DNA of 64,000 nt, taken from positions 1,674,001 through 1,738,000 of the forward strand of contig MU058714.1 in NCBI GenBank assembly GCA_013265495.1, in the 5' to 3' direction. Positions 20,261 to 32,189 of the stretch are shown here, in pieces. The notes under the pieces are model-generated. The model was given only the letters and a program-made list of their open reading frames with translations. It made no database searches and was not told the DNA's origin. Each line of letters begins with the position of its first letter. The stretch's first letter is position 1. This DNA is from Vicugna vicugna. Its lineage: Eukaryota. Position numbers and translations under genes: made by a program.

Positions 20261-21819
20261 TGTAGGATGCTGCCTTAATGACGTTTTTATATTGACGTCT
20301 CGGAGAACTTTGGATACGTCGGGTTTTATGAAAGTCTGAACGTTTTACTTTTTTAAGTTTTTTTTTTTTAACGTTGTCTGAATGTTGTTTCTGCCGGGCG
20401 GCATGGCTCCCGACGAAGCATCTCCTCTTCCCCCAGGGCTCAAAGCCTGACTCACCCTACTCCGACCTTGTCCACACTCCTTTCTTCTCCAGTGGTGTTC
20501 AGTTCCTCGGTTGCGGAACGCCACCACCACTGATTTTAACACTCATCATCGGCTGAATACTTTCGCAGGAAACAGGGAAACACTCCCACATTAGATGTAC
20601 ACGTTGCCTATGGTAACATCCTGATTTCAGAAACGATAAATTTGTCCGTTGCTCCTCAGGTCATGTTTTCTCATCTCCCAGGTGGTACTCCCTCACCTAG
20701 AACGTGAACTCCTGTAGGTCGAGAACAGGTTCTCTGCCTCCAGTAGAGCAAGGGCCAGGCAGAAGTGCTTGCTCCGCTGGGATGCCTGTCTGCCTCAGAA
20801 GGGTGACTTTACGGGAGCTGGACCATTTCATTGAGGGTGTGGACGTGTCTGTGGCTGCGGCCTCCAACCAGCTCAGTGGGGTCCTGGCCTGGGTGCTGGT
20901 CCACTGGACAACAGTGCTTTGTCACCACAGCAGGCACCCTCTGCTCTCTGGGACGAGTGGGGATTGCTTCCATGTCTGTTGCCCTCTGATGTTTCTGTGA
21001 TTACCATGACCCTGCTTTACAGACCACCATGTGGGGGCTGAGACAAGGGACATTTGAATTATCTGGATTTCTGAGGTACTCAGGAAGTCAGAGTTCAGAT
21101 GCCTGAATTTGGGGACTTCGGGGACAGAGTGGAAAGCTCTGACACCATCACGTTGACTAGCTTGATGGTTTGGAAGCAGCTGAGCCCCAGAGCACAGGGT
21201 AGAATAGTTACAAAGATGAGAATCCTGGGCCGGGGAAACACAGGCCAGAAGCAGAGCAGCAGCGATCTGTGTTGCTGGCTATGGTCAAGCCTAGGCCTCC
21301 ACGGCTGAAGCCAAAATTGGAACATGCCTTGATGCAGGTTACAACAGGGCCGCTATTCTGCAGCCCAGGTGGGCAGAGACAAGTTGTGGTTCTGTGAGAA
21401 CCAGGGCCTAAGCAGGCTCTGCCCTGGGCGGGGCACGGTGTTTTGACACCTCGGCTTCACTGACATGCCTTTTTCTCAAGGCACTTACACCTGTCCTGAG
21501 TCGCTTTGCACACAGACCCCTGTAGGAACAGCAAAGTGGGGTTCCCAGTCTCCATGGGGTTGGTCAGTAGCTGGGTGAGGTGCAGGAGTGCATGGTGCCC
21601 CCAGAACACAGGCTGGTTCACTGAACCTCTCTACAGGCCTCAGCCCTGAGAGGACCCCTGAGAGTCTCCTTTTTCCTCAGGCTGCTCACATGCCTTTGGA
21701 GGACAGCTCTAGGGAGAGGCCAGTGGAATATGCCCTTGCAGGTCAGGGCTCTCCTGCCCCTGTAGCTGTAGCGTCTCTCTGGACCCAGCACGGTGACCTC
21801 AGGACGTCCTCCAGGGGCC

Positions 21820-21870
21820 TCTCATGCTCAGAGAAGGTGCCCATTAAGTACTGGTTGAACAACTGAGTGA
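21820..21870 (+). mobile_element. L2 LINE 3'-end remnant
   Basis: ..GAAGGTGCCCATTAAGTACTGGTTGAACAACTGAGTGA resembles the L2 terminus TAGGTGCTCAATAAATATTTGTTGAATGAATGA. Confidence 0.35.
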
Positions 21871-24108
21871 TCAAACGTTTTGATAAATACTACTCACGAA
21901 AATAGAGTTCTCAGAATAAAACAACTCCCTTTCAACCTGTGGCTCGAGCTTGAGGTCTGCAGGGAGTTAATGAGGGGGCTGGTGGACACCCCTGGCTGTG
22001 CGTGCCCACTGCGGAGCAGCAGCAGAAACGGAGAGCTGTGCCATGGGCCACGCTGCCTGCACGTGGGTGAGCTGGGGCGCTGGTGAGAACTGGGAGCAGG
22101 CGCCGTGGGGAGCGTGGCCCAGAGGGACTGAAGTGGGCCCTGACTGCAGAGCCGAGTGGTGCTGGATACGGAGATTCTCGTAAACTACAGTAACTGCTGG
22201 TTAATCACATTAAAGGGCCTGACCTGGTGTCACTGCCACACTCCTCAGTGGAAGAAGGAGCCATCTGGGGGTGGCTGGGGAGGCAGAAGCTGGGGGATGA
22301 CTGGGAGGCTCGGATGGAGGGAGGGAGTGGAGAGGGAGGGGCGCAGGCAGGGGCTCACCTAGCAGGGAGGCCAGGCCCCAAGCACTGAGCTGTACAGAGG
22401 GGTTCAGAAGGGACCAGGAGAATCAGCTCAGACTTGGGACCTGAGAGACACGTCATGCAGGTCCAGCAGGTGCCACCTTGTGTCATCCTTCACCAGGGGA
22501 AGAGCCAGAGCAAAGTCCTGGCTGTTGGCAGTGTGCCTGGACAAGCTGGCACTCAGGGCCCGAGTTCACACATCTCACAAAGGCTTGGAAAACCCAAGCA
22601 CAAAAATAGTAGATCTTTTGGCCCGACAGATCCTCAGAAGGCCCCGGCCCAATAAACCAAAATGCTGTCAACACAGGCTGACCCTGGGTTTGAAGATCTT
22701 CACTGGACGTTTCAGGAACTGGACTGGGAAAGGGAGTGGCTGTGCCTGGCTTGGGGCTCCCTCCAAATGTAGGGCTGAGCTTAGTGGGACGGGCCTTGGG
22801 CCTTACAGCCCAGAGCTGTGCGGTCTCCCTGCCTGCTCCCATCAGGGGCAGGCCAGTTCTGGGAGAAGCCGGTTGGGGTCTCTACCCTGTGGATTTCAGG
22901 ACCAGGGACTGTGGCTCTTGGGTTTATGCCTGGGCCGGCTGCTGCAGGAAGTGGCATTTTGTCCTGTCACCCATCACAGGGCCGTCTCCAGAACCCCACA
23001 GGGGCCCTGGTAAGGCAGGTCACGGGAGCCCTGTGGGAGCCATATCCTCCTGGCATAGCGTGTCGTCCCCGACATGGGGGCTGGGGGTTGCTTCCTGGTC
23101 CGCCCCAGCTGGTGGCAGGCTCCTGGGAGGGCTCACCCTGCCGACAGGCCCTGGGAGGTGTGGTCAGGGCAGGCCCTGCCCTTGCTGCCTAGCCGTGACA
23201 CTGCTCACCAGCTCAGACCAGAGGGAGGAAATTCCGCACCCAGCATGAAGCTATTAAAGGGGGTTTCCTGAACAGACTGTCTGGAGCTGGAGTTTCCCAT
23301 GGGCCCTTTCCTGTTTAGGGGCTGGGGAGGTGGCGTCTTACTGGGGGCTCTTGGGGTGGTGCTCAAAGAGGGGGCAACACCGTTCCTGCCACCCTGAGGT
23401 CCTAGAGACCCCACTGGTCAGCAGGACCGCCTCTGGGGCATGCACGGCACCTGGCAGCCCTTCAGGCCCCCGTACCCCCGCACTCTACTGCTCCTCTGTG
23501 CAGCGAGGGTCCCAGTCTCCCAGCCCCTCACCTTGTCAATTCCAGCCTTGGACCCTTGCCCCTGCCCAGCAGTACTGAGTGCTGGGGCTTGGCTGGCCTC
23601 CCACGTCACCCTCTCTGCTGGCCCTGCGGCCCATGGCACCAACTTCCCCTCCACACTCCTGCCGGCTTGGAGTCCTTGCTGTGGGATCCTTTGGGACCCA
23701 GTCATTCTATTTGTGCCTGAGTCCTGCCTCTTGTGGGGCTCCCAAGCCTCCAGCAAGGATTCCCTTCTCTCGGGTTGGGGGATACTTCCTCCCAGAGACT
23801 CAGTGCCCAAGGACGCAGGAGCCCGCCCCGGGCACTGGACGCCCCAGGAGGCTGGGGGCCTGACTGTGCCCTGCACGTCCCCTGCAGGACCTGTGCACAG
23901 CCGAAAGGGCGGCACCGGCCTGGTCCGCCTGGTGTGACCAAGGAAGGACTTTAAAGCCATTCTCCTTCAGTCACAGGGGCAGAGACTGCTGCACCCGCCC
24001 TGGTCATCCTGCAGTGCCCTGTGCCCCAGGGCAGCAGAGACATAGGGCCCAGCTCCCCCTTCTCCCTCCAGGAGATGAGAGGCACACACCCTGGCTCCTT
24101 ACGGGGAC

Positions 24109-24114
24109 TTTATT
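24109..24114 (-). terminator. ARHGDIA polyadenylation signal AATAAA
   Basis: TTTATT on the + strand, about 1.1 kb past the ARHGDIA stop. Confidence 0.8.
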
Positions 24115-25248
24115 TCCCGGTCAGAAAAGGAGAAGCAGGGACAGGCTCCTGTGTGTTCCAGGCCCGGGCCTGACCGGGGAAGGGACAGGAGGGGAGGACC
24201 AGGGGGCGGCTCCAGCTGTGCAAGCTTGGTCCCACAGTTGTCCTGTCTGGGTCCGGGGAGGGCCTGCTGGGGACGGTGGCACCGAGCCTGGGGGCAGAGG
24301 CGGCAGGCCGGCGGGCCCAGAGAACGGCACATATGGAGGCAATAAATACTGACAGGCCAGGCACACGACTCCAGGCCGGGAGGCCCAGGTGGGACGAGTA
24401 AGGCTCGGCCGCTGGCTGTATCCGCCGAGGGCTCTCTGGTGGGTCTGGGGGCTCTAGGCACTGCCCACTGGGACAGAGAAGGCAGAGGCGTGAGGTCACC
24501 CAGCATCCCAGGTGGGACTGGAGGCCACTTAAATTTTGGCAATTTGGCTTTCCCAAGCCCCTGGAGCCGTCCCCGAAGCCCTGGCCGAGGAAAGGGGGTT
24601 GGCCAAGCCCTGGCAGGTGGGGAGCAGCAGGGGCACATCCCACACCTTCCTGGGCCTCAGGGACTGCAGACAGGGTGGGGACTGGGGGAGACCACATGCT
24701 CATGCAGACACAGGGTTAGAGGTCAGTGACGCCCCCACGGCACACATTCCACATGTTAAGGCATCATGGTTAGACGGTTACTGACAGTGATGGGTGGACT
24801 GACCAGGAGAAGTGAAAGCTGAGAACAACCCCTGCACAAGGCCCTCCATGGTACACCCTACCCCCAAGGTGGGGAGACAGATCGGGAGTCGGGGCAACCA
24901 TAAAGGCCCAAGGGACCCGAACACCCTGAGACCTCGAAAAAGCCAGGGCCTCGGGGCATGTCAGGACAGTGGGGAAACCTTAAGTAACACAGAAGGGGAG
25001 GTGGAGGCCTGGGTTGGAGCCCCCCCCCCACAGCACAGGCGGAAGCAGCAACGACACGAGACCACCGAGGAGGCTGGGGCCTGTGGGCTGGGAGGAAGGA
25101 GGAGGGACGGGCCGGCAGGAGGCTGCCCCGGGGAATGGTGGCGGTGTGGGCCGGGCCCTGTCAGCACTTTGGTCTGGGGTCGGGAGGGGTGGGGGTAGGG
25201 TGGGACACGTCCGTCTGTCCGTCCGTCCGCCCGCCTCCTGGCTGGGGA

Positions 25249-26409
25249 TCAGTCCTTCCACTCCTTCTTGATGGTGAGGTTCCACTCCCAGGACAGGTGG
25301 TCTGTCCTGTCGTCGTCTGTGAAGCGGGACTTGATGTTGTAGCTGCCGCGAGCCAGCATGCCTTTGGGAGCCTCCTCCATAGGCGTCAGGAACTCATACT
25401 CCTCCGCCCGGGGCCCGTAGCTCCCTACCATGTAGTCAGTCTTGTCAACTGCGGTGCCAGGAAGGTGACAGTCAGGAAGCAGGATTGGGCCTTCCCCACA
25501 ACCGATCCCCAAGTCCCTGGGTGGCCACTCCCCTCCTGGGGCTGGCCCCACCCTCACTCACTTTTGACGCCTTTCCTGTACGTGTGCTGGATGTACTTCA
25601 TGCCGGACACGATCTCCCGGTTCACCTGCAAGGAGACACCCCGAGCGGGGCTCAGCCAGGCTCTCCAGCCCCGGCGCCCCACCCCTCCCAAGGCAGCCCA
25701 GACCCCCGGCACCTCTCCTTACCCGGAAAGAGATTTTTATCCGGTACTCCACACCCTCCTTCAGCACAAAGGATTGCTTCTTGAAACTCTCCAGATCACC
25801 TGCGTTTGAGAAGAACGCCACGCTAAGAGGATGGGCCAGGGAAAGCCACCCAGCCCCAGCCCCAGCCCCAGCCCCAGCCCCAGGTCACTCCAAAGCCAGT
25901 GCCTTGCAAGACGACACGACTGCACTTCCTGTGCTCCACACAAGAGGGCGCCCGTGCTCCTAAAAACTATTTTTAGGGGATGCAGCAGGGTGCGCAGCAG
26001 CAGTCAGGGACCTCAAGAGTGCCCCTCACCTGTCAGGTCCAGCTCCAGGGGGCCCGGGGCACTGCTACACACCAGAGTCAGGCGGGTCACCACGACGTTG
26101 GGGACGTTGGGGTCTGCGGAGTGACAGCAGGTTAGGGCTCCACCAAGCAGAGGAACAGTGGCGGACACCTGGGAAAGCGACAGGTGCCCGTGCAGTGCAC
26201 CCCGGCTGGGCCCACTCACCGGCGGACACGGCCACGCGGCCCAGTAGGGCCTCCTTGTACTTGCGCAGACTCTCGTCATCCTTGTCCAGCTCCTGGATCT
26301 CCTGGATGCTCTTCTGGGCCGGGGGCTTGTAGTTGACCGAATGCTCATCCTCCTCATTCTCAGCTGCAATCTGTGCCAGCTGCTCGGCTGTGGGCTCCTG
26401 CTCAGCCAT
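25249..26409 (-). CDS. ARHGDIA: Rho GDP-dissociation inhibitor alpha (RhoGDI1), 204 aa, 5 coding exons
   Basis: Exons 26409-26220, 26113-26030, 25799-25723, 25625-25562, 25448-25249 (615 nt), all GT-AG. Protein [23 protein letters not shown]...[11 protein letters not shown]. Exon 2 acceptor at 26436. Confidence 0.98.
25849..25883. repeat. (CCCCAG)n microsatellite, ~6 copies, ARHGDIA intron 3
   Basis: Five perfect copies plus one partial. Reads (CUGGGG)n on the pre-mRNA: G-runs with G-quadruplex potential. Confidence 0.9.
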
Positions 26410-27399
26410 ACTCACCTCTAGCTGCGTCTGGGACACCTGTGGGTTGGGTGGCAAGGGCTGTGACAGCCAAGAGAGACCCACAGCGTCTCCCCTTCCCACC
26501 CTCTGCAGGTCCTGCCGCCGCCCAAGGGGGCCGTGTTGGATCTGTGCAGGTGACCAAGCCCCCACGTGGGCCCCAGGGGAGGTGCATCTTCTGCAACAGG
26601 AAGGCAAGGACAGCCAGAACTTCGCAAGGGGTCCCCACACAGGCTCCTGCGACTCAAGAGGTCACGCTTGCCTCCTTGCCCTGTTCACCTCAGGGGAGTC
26701 CACTTCAGGTCCAACACCCAGGACTAAATGGGACCTGCAACCTGCTCCTTGGGAAAAGCAGTGACAGCTCCTCTGTTGCCCAGGAAGCTGCAGCACCCCA
26801 GCCCCACCAGGCAGGGTCAGGACCAAGCCCTGCTGCTTGTTCTGAGCTGCCCAGGCCCTCACTCCGAAGGACTCCTCCTGCTAGGCTTCCCTGACCAGCC
26901 ATGCTCCTTACGACCTGTCCTAGCTGCAACGCAAACCCTCGGTGCAGAACACAGACTGGTTCTGTCTCAGCCTGCAAACACAGGGCTCTCCTGGTGGTCA
27001 GATAACAGGGCCAGCCTGAATCCCACAGCTAAGTCCTGAAATAGCAGAAGGACCCTAAGTGTCTGCCAAGCTTATCTCCAATTGTGATGATCTGCCGCCT
27101 AGAATTTGAGAATTGCTGCAACCATGTGGTAGCCTCAAGACCCTCCTTCTGGGCCCTGGCCCGAAAGAGCCTGGAGCAGTGCTGTCAAAAGGAGGAGCAG
27201 TGCATGGAGCAGCCACTGGGCTTCCTTCACTAAGGTTGACCCTCGCACCGCCACCCCCCCAAAATCCCTGAAAAGTACCTAAAACCTGCTAAGACCCTAC
27301 CCAACAGTGAGGGAGGCGGGTAAGGGCAACTGGTTGCCTAGAAAGATACTCAATACCTTTGCCCCACAGGTCCAGTCTGGCAACCGGGACATGCGGAAG

Positions 27400-29050
27400 G
27401 TCCAGATTTTACAAAAGGCCACTGGGGACCCGGAGCCGCCCGGCCGCCGCAGCGGGGTGGGGCCGGCCCGCTTTCCCAAGCCTCCCGCAGCTTCCTCTCG
27501 AATTCCTCTATAAGGATCACGCCCCAACGCCACCCAAGCGCGGCCGCAGGCGACAGGATCCTCCAAGTGCGATCGCCGCGGCCCGCACTTCCGCACGGCC
27601 CGCAATCTGGGCGCGGCGCGCAGGGTGGGGCGCAGGGACCACAAGGCCCAGGAGACGGAGCGTCCGGCCTGGCCCTGGCCACCGCGAAACGGCAAGGAAG
27701 GGGCTGCTGGGCACAAGCGGCAACCACAAAGAGGCCTGCACGGCCCCCCGCCCCCGCCCCCGCCCAGTGCCCNNNNNNNNNNNNNNNNNNNNNNNNNNNN
27801 NNNNNNNNNNNNNNNNNNNNNNNNNNNNNNNNNNNNNNNNNNNNNNNNNNNNNNNNNNNNNNNNNNNNNNNCACCCCTGGCCCCGCGCCCCCGCCTCCTG
27901 GGCCCGCGCCCCCGTCTCCCGCACCACGGCCCCGCACGTGGGCCCGCCCTAAGCCGGGGCCACCGCCCGCTGTCACTGCCGCCCCCGCCCCGCGCAGATC
28001 CCACCGGCTGGGCCGAAGGGCGGGGCGAGCGGGGAGAACAAAGGCGCGGCCACCGCCCCCTCCCCCGCGGCCACCCGCCGGCCCCGCCCGCCGGCCCCGC
28101 CGACCCCGCCGCCCGCGCTCACCGGAGTCTCGACCGCTCCGCTCTCGTGCTCCCTCCCGCACGGAATGACGAACGTAGCCGCCCCGCCCGCGCGCTCCCG
28201 GCCCGCCACTTCCGGGGTCAAGCGACTTCCGCTCGCGCTGGACGGGCCGCGAGGGCGCATGCGCGCGGAGGGGCTGCCGGGAGCGCGCTGCCGCCATCTT
28301 GCGGGGCTGGCCTCGTGGGTGCGTCCGCGTGGGTGGCACGGCGCGGCAGACGGGGCGCGTGCGGACACCCGTCCGGCTGCGGCTTCTGCGCCTTTTGCCG
28401 CCGGCATTTTTCAGTCCCAGGCGACCCAACGGGTCAGCCCGCGAACTCAGGGGGCGGGCAGTGTCATGGTTTCGCTGCGACCCACGCGGAACGCGGGCGC
28501 GGCGTGGCATTTCCGCGAGGTGCTGGGACGCGCGTCTGTCGGGCGCGGGCGCGTCCCCGGAAGCAGGCCGCCGTCGCTCCGCGGGGACGAGCGGGCCCGG
28601 CCGCCTGGCCTCCCGGAAGTGACTGCCGAACGTTCCGTCGTCCGCGGGTGACGGCCCACGGCGCCCTTCCGGGAGCGGAGTCCGTGCGCCGCGGGCCTTC
28701 CCCTTCCACACGGTCAGCGTTCGGCCGCCCTGCCCGGACCGCCAGCCGCTTCAGGGAGTCTCGGCACTGGGAGCTCCTGGCTGAGATGCCGCCGTCCACG
28801 CAGGTTCTCCACCCGCGTGCTCCGACTGTTGGCGGATATCGGACGTCTCGCACACGCTCACCCGGGAGCGCTCTGTAGCGCCATAAGGGGCTCGTGACTC
28901 GTGGCCCCCATGGCCGGCCCGGCCGAAGCCCGCGCTGCCGACACTTGGCCGCCACCCCTCTTTCTCCTTGTGGGGTCCTGGCCCCCAAGTGCTGCACACC
29001 AGATGCTGGGCGTGGTGCGCCTCCTGACCTCCACCCGCAGCCCTTGTGAG
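27400..29050 (-). promoter_or_regulatory. ARHGDIA CpG island containing non-coding exon 1 (donor after 28123)
   Basis: Donor CCG|GTGAGC at 28123/28122. ETS CCGGAAGT at ~28208-28215 (minus) and ~28616, NRF1 GCGCATGCGC 28255-28264, YY1 CCGCCATCTT 28291-28300. Confidence 0.75.
27773..27871. other. Assembly gap (99 N)
   Basis: Run of N in GC-rich ARHGDIA intron 1. Confidence 1.
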
Positions 29051-29484
29051 AACTCGGAAACGGGCCCCTGCCCCCTTCGGTGGCTCTTCAGCCCCAGGAA
29101 GGCAGGACCCGTCTGTGTGGCCTGCCTTCAGCGAGTCCGGGTCGAGGCCGCAGTCGTCAGCAGCACACGCGCCTGCAGGTTTTAGGCAGTAGAAATTAAT
29201 GTGAAGTCCTGAAGCTTGGTATCTTTGGGAGATGTCTCGGTTTCTGAGGAATAAATGCGATTTTCCTGTGACTAAGAGTCACACTGTCAGCGCTGTGTGA
29301 AGGACGTTCAGTCGGCCCAAGGCAGAGCGTTCTCATCTGGTGCTGGGTGTGTGCTTCTGAGGCACCCTGTCCCTGAAAACCAGACCACCAGGGCCACGCG
29401 ACCTGCTGCACTGCTGAGTCACTGGCGGAGGAAAAGTCTGCTTTCTGATAACCATAGGGCTCTTTTAAAATTTCCAAACACCGT

Positions 29485-29970
29485 TATATTAGTAATCTAC
29501 TGCTGTGTGAAAACTTACCAGGAATTTAGCTTAAAACGATCAACATTTGTGTGGGAGTCAGGAAGCAGCTCCGCAGGGTGGTTCTGGTTCCGGGCCTCTC
29601 CTGAGGTTGTGGTCAAGCTGTGAGCCAGGGCCTGGATCTCTGAAGATCTCCTGGAATTCCAAGCTCCTGCTCGCGCTGGGGGCAGGAGACTCTTTTCCTC
29701 GAGGGCTGTTGGCTGGAGGCCTTGATTCCCTGCCACCTGCAGCTCCTGGCCTCTCCATAGGGCTGCGCCCAGTAGGGCAGCTTGCTTCCCCTGAAGTGAG
29801 GCCTTAAAAGCAGAAAACGAGCAAGGGAATCAACAAGTACTCGGGATGCAGCCGCGGTGGCTCTCACAGCCTAGTGTCAGAAGTGCCATCCCTTCTGCTG
29901 GTCACAGATCCTCCCCAGTACAGTGGGCGGGGCCCACCACCTGGCACCGGGATTATGAACCGCAGGGGCC
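29485..29970 (+). mobile_element. MaLR LTR (MLT1-type)
   Basis: Starts TATTAGTAATCTACTGCTGTGTGAAAACTTACC..AGCTTAAAAC; internal GGGAGTCAGGAA..GGCCTCTCCTGAGGTTG and GCCTCTCCATAGGGCTG blocks as recalled for MLT1. Confidence 0.65.
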
Positions 29971-31299
29971 CTAGCTCCTGGCTTCAACAGGTAGCAGCTC
30001 GTGGTCGCTCTTGTTTCATCAATGCCTTCATCTCCCAACACACAGCAACGCTGAAACAAACCTCAGATGTCATGTCCACTGTAAATATTTCAACATGCAT
30101 TTATTTTGGAAGAAAGGAATCCTTTCAGGGTAAACAACAGCCAGGGTACTGTTATCCCCGCCGCCCCTTGTGGCTTAGCAGACCTCTCCAGACACACTGG
30201 CCTGGAGCCCGGATTTATGCTTCTCCTCCCCGTGGGCTGAGCACAGGGTTTCCATGCAGCTGTAGTCCGCTGGGTCCGCGCCGCAGCCTCCTGAAGACTG
30301 GACGGCAAGACGGTTGTCAGCCGAGGCTCTCCCACACGCCCCCCGGTTGTTTTGGCAGCTAGTCTCCAACAGCAAGTGTTTCAAGAGGCCCATCTTCTGT
30401 GACTTCGAGGGAGCCCACTTGGAAGGACCAGAACTATGCTGCGGCTCTGCTGGGCAAGCCCGTGACTCAGGCCAGGCCAGGTTCCAGGGCAGAGTTTGTC
30501 TCTGGGCCCAGCAGGAAGGGCCAGTGGGAATCACGGAATTGGCGATGCACGAAACAACAGCCAGTGTTCAGTTCAGGAGTCTCCTGGTGTGTCACCGCTA
30601 CAAGTAGGGAAAGGGGGGTCACTGACCACTCCAAGGCGGAGTCCCGGAGGCGGCGTCCCAGCACAGCTCCACCCTGTGACAGGGGAGTTGCTGGCTGCCC
30701 CAACAGGGCGTCGGGCAGCATCCAGACCCCGGAACAGCTTTCAGCAGCGTGGAGTCAGGCCCTCCGGCAAACAGCCTTCAACTCACTCAGCTCAGTGATA
30801 TCTTTCTAAGGAATAACGGTTCCCCTGGGGAGGGGGGCTTCACTCTCCCCATTTTTCCTTATGTGCCAGTGACACACACGGCCTGTCAAACTTCTCATCT
30901 AAAGCAACACTCTCAGTTTATCACTTGGGACACTCCCAGTCCTACAGTGTACATTACATTTCAGAACAACCAGCATGGAAGCTCATGTTGGCCACTGTGA
31001 CTCCACTTTGAACTACTTAACCTGTCTGAACAGAGCCTACTTAAGTCCTGTAAGTTTCAAACAAGATGAGCAGAGATCCCAACACAAAAGAAGTGACATC
31101 ATAACAGACACTCCACCTGCCAATGGGAAGAGAAGCAAAGGGTGTGTGGCTCTTCAGCCGTGTCCCGGAGACCCACAGCCCTCTGCGGGAAAATACCCTT
31201 GCCACCCACAGGGCCCCCTAACCTCATCCCACTGTGGCTGCAGCTCAGGGCCCAGCTGAGGGTGAGGCTGGGGTGTGGCTTCTCAATCCGAAGACGGGC

Positions 31300-31443
31300 T
31301 GAAGACCTAGGAGCCCCGCCCTGTGGTGCCAGATGAACCATCCCGTCTCACTCCCTTACCTTCAGAATCTGTAAGCACAATAAAGTATGTTTTACACCGG
31401 GTTTTGGAGTAATTTCTTACAGAGCAGTAGGTACCTGGAATAC
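31300..31443 (-). mobile_element. MaLR LTR (MLT1-type) terminal fragment
   Basis: CAGAATCTGTAAGCACAATAAAGTATG...TTTTGGAGTAATTTCTTACAGAGCAGTAG matches the reverse complement of the MLT1 5' end as recalled. Confidence 0.5.
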
Positions 31444-32189
31444 CGGCCAATAAAATTTACAAATAACGTTAAAGATCTAACCAGTATTTTCCTTGCTTGT
31501 ACTGAGTTCTTTTACTTTCTATTTGAATCAGAATCTAGTTAAGCTTTTTATGTTGCATCGATTGTGTGTCTTCATCAGCAAGATCATCCTCTCTGCTCCC
31601 TGCAGTGTCCCGTGGGAGGACCAGGGCCACTCCCTGCAGTGCCCTGTGGGAGGACTACGGCCACTGGTCCTATAGAGTCTACCACAGCCGAGACCAGCTG
31701 TTGACACCACACCCCAGTGCTGACACCAAGTCCCTGCCCTCCGTCCTTTCTGTGGGTGCAGGTAGGACCTGTAGGAACTAGACCCCTTGGGATGTGACAT
31801 GACTCTGCACCACCATGAGGGAGGAAGGATGCTATTTTGAACCTTTTTAGCTAATTAGCAGAGACCGTGAGAGATGGGAGAGTGCAGGATGGGGCGGGGC
31901 GGGGGGGGGTAGTGCCAAGAAGGTACAACTTGAACCTTAATGGTGTTCTGAAGAAAGATCGGTGGCTGTGCACAAAGGCTTCCTTACAAGGATGTTCACT
32001 ACAGCACTTTTAGGGTATCAAACATCTCCATAGCGGATCTCAAAAGTGTATTACTGCACAGCCCAGGAGCATTTGCACTGTAATTAATATTAACATGTTC
32101 ATTTAAAAAATCCGTGATGAATTAAATCTTTTCACATGATTTAAATAAAAATACTTAATGACATAGAGCAGCAAGGTAATTTTTGTTTT

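Noticed and set aside
21095-21325. Possible ERV env tail remnant (..ILIFVTILPC..FQTIKLVNVM..)
   Set aside because: Only a faint resemblance, with no polypurine tract or LTR recognised next to it. A tBLASTn/Dfam search would be needed.
25209-25228. (GGAC)n run just after the ARHGDIA stop as an m6A cluster
   Set aside because: Most copies read GGACG, which is not DRACH; it is a simple repeat.
27297-28878. Long ORFs (453, 417 and 235 aa) over the ARHGDIA CpG island
   Set aside because: They are Gly/Arg/Pro/Ala-rich, open in several frames on both strands, run through an N gap and show no recognisable domain. This is the expected stop-codon depletion of very GC-rich DNA.
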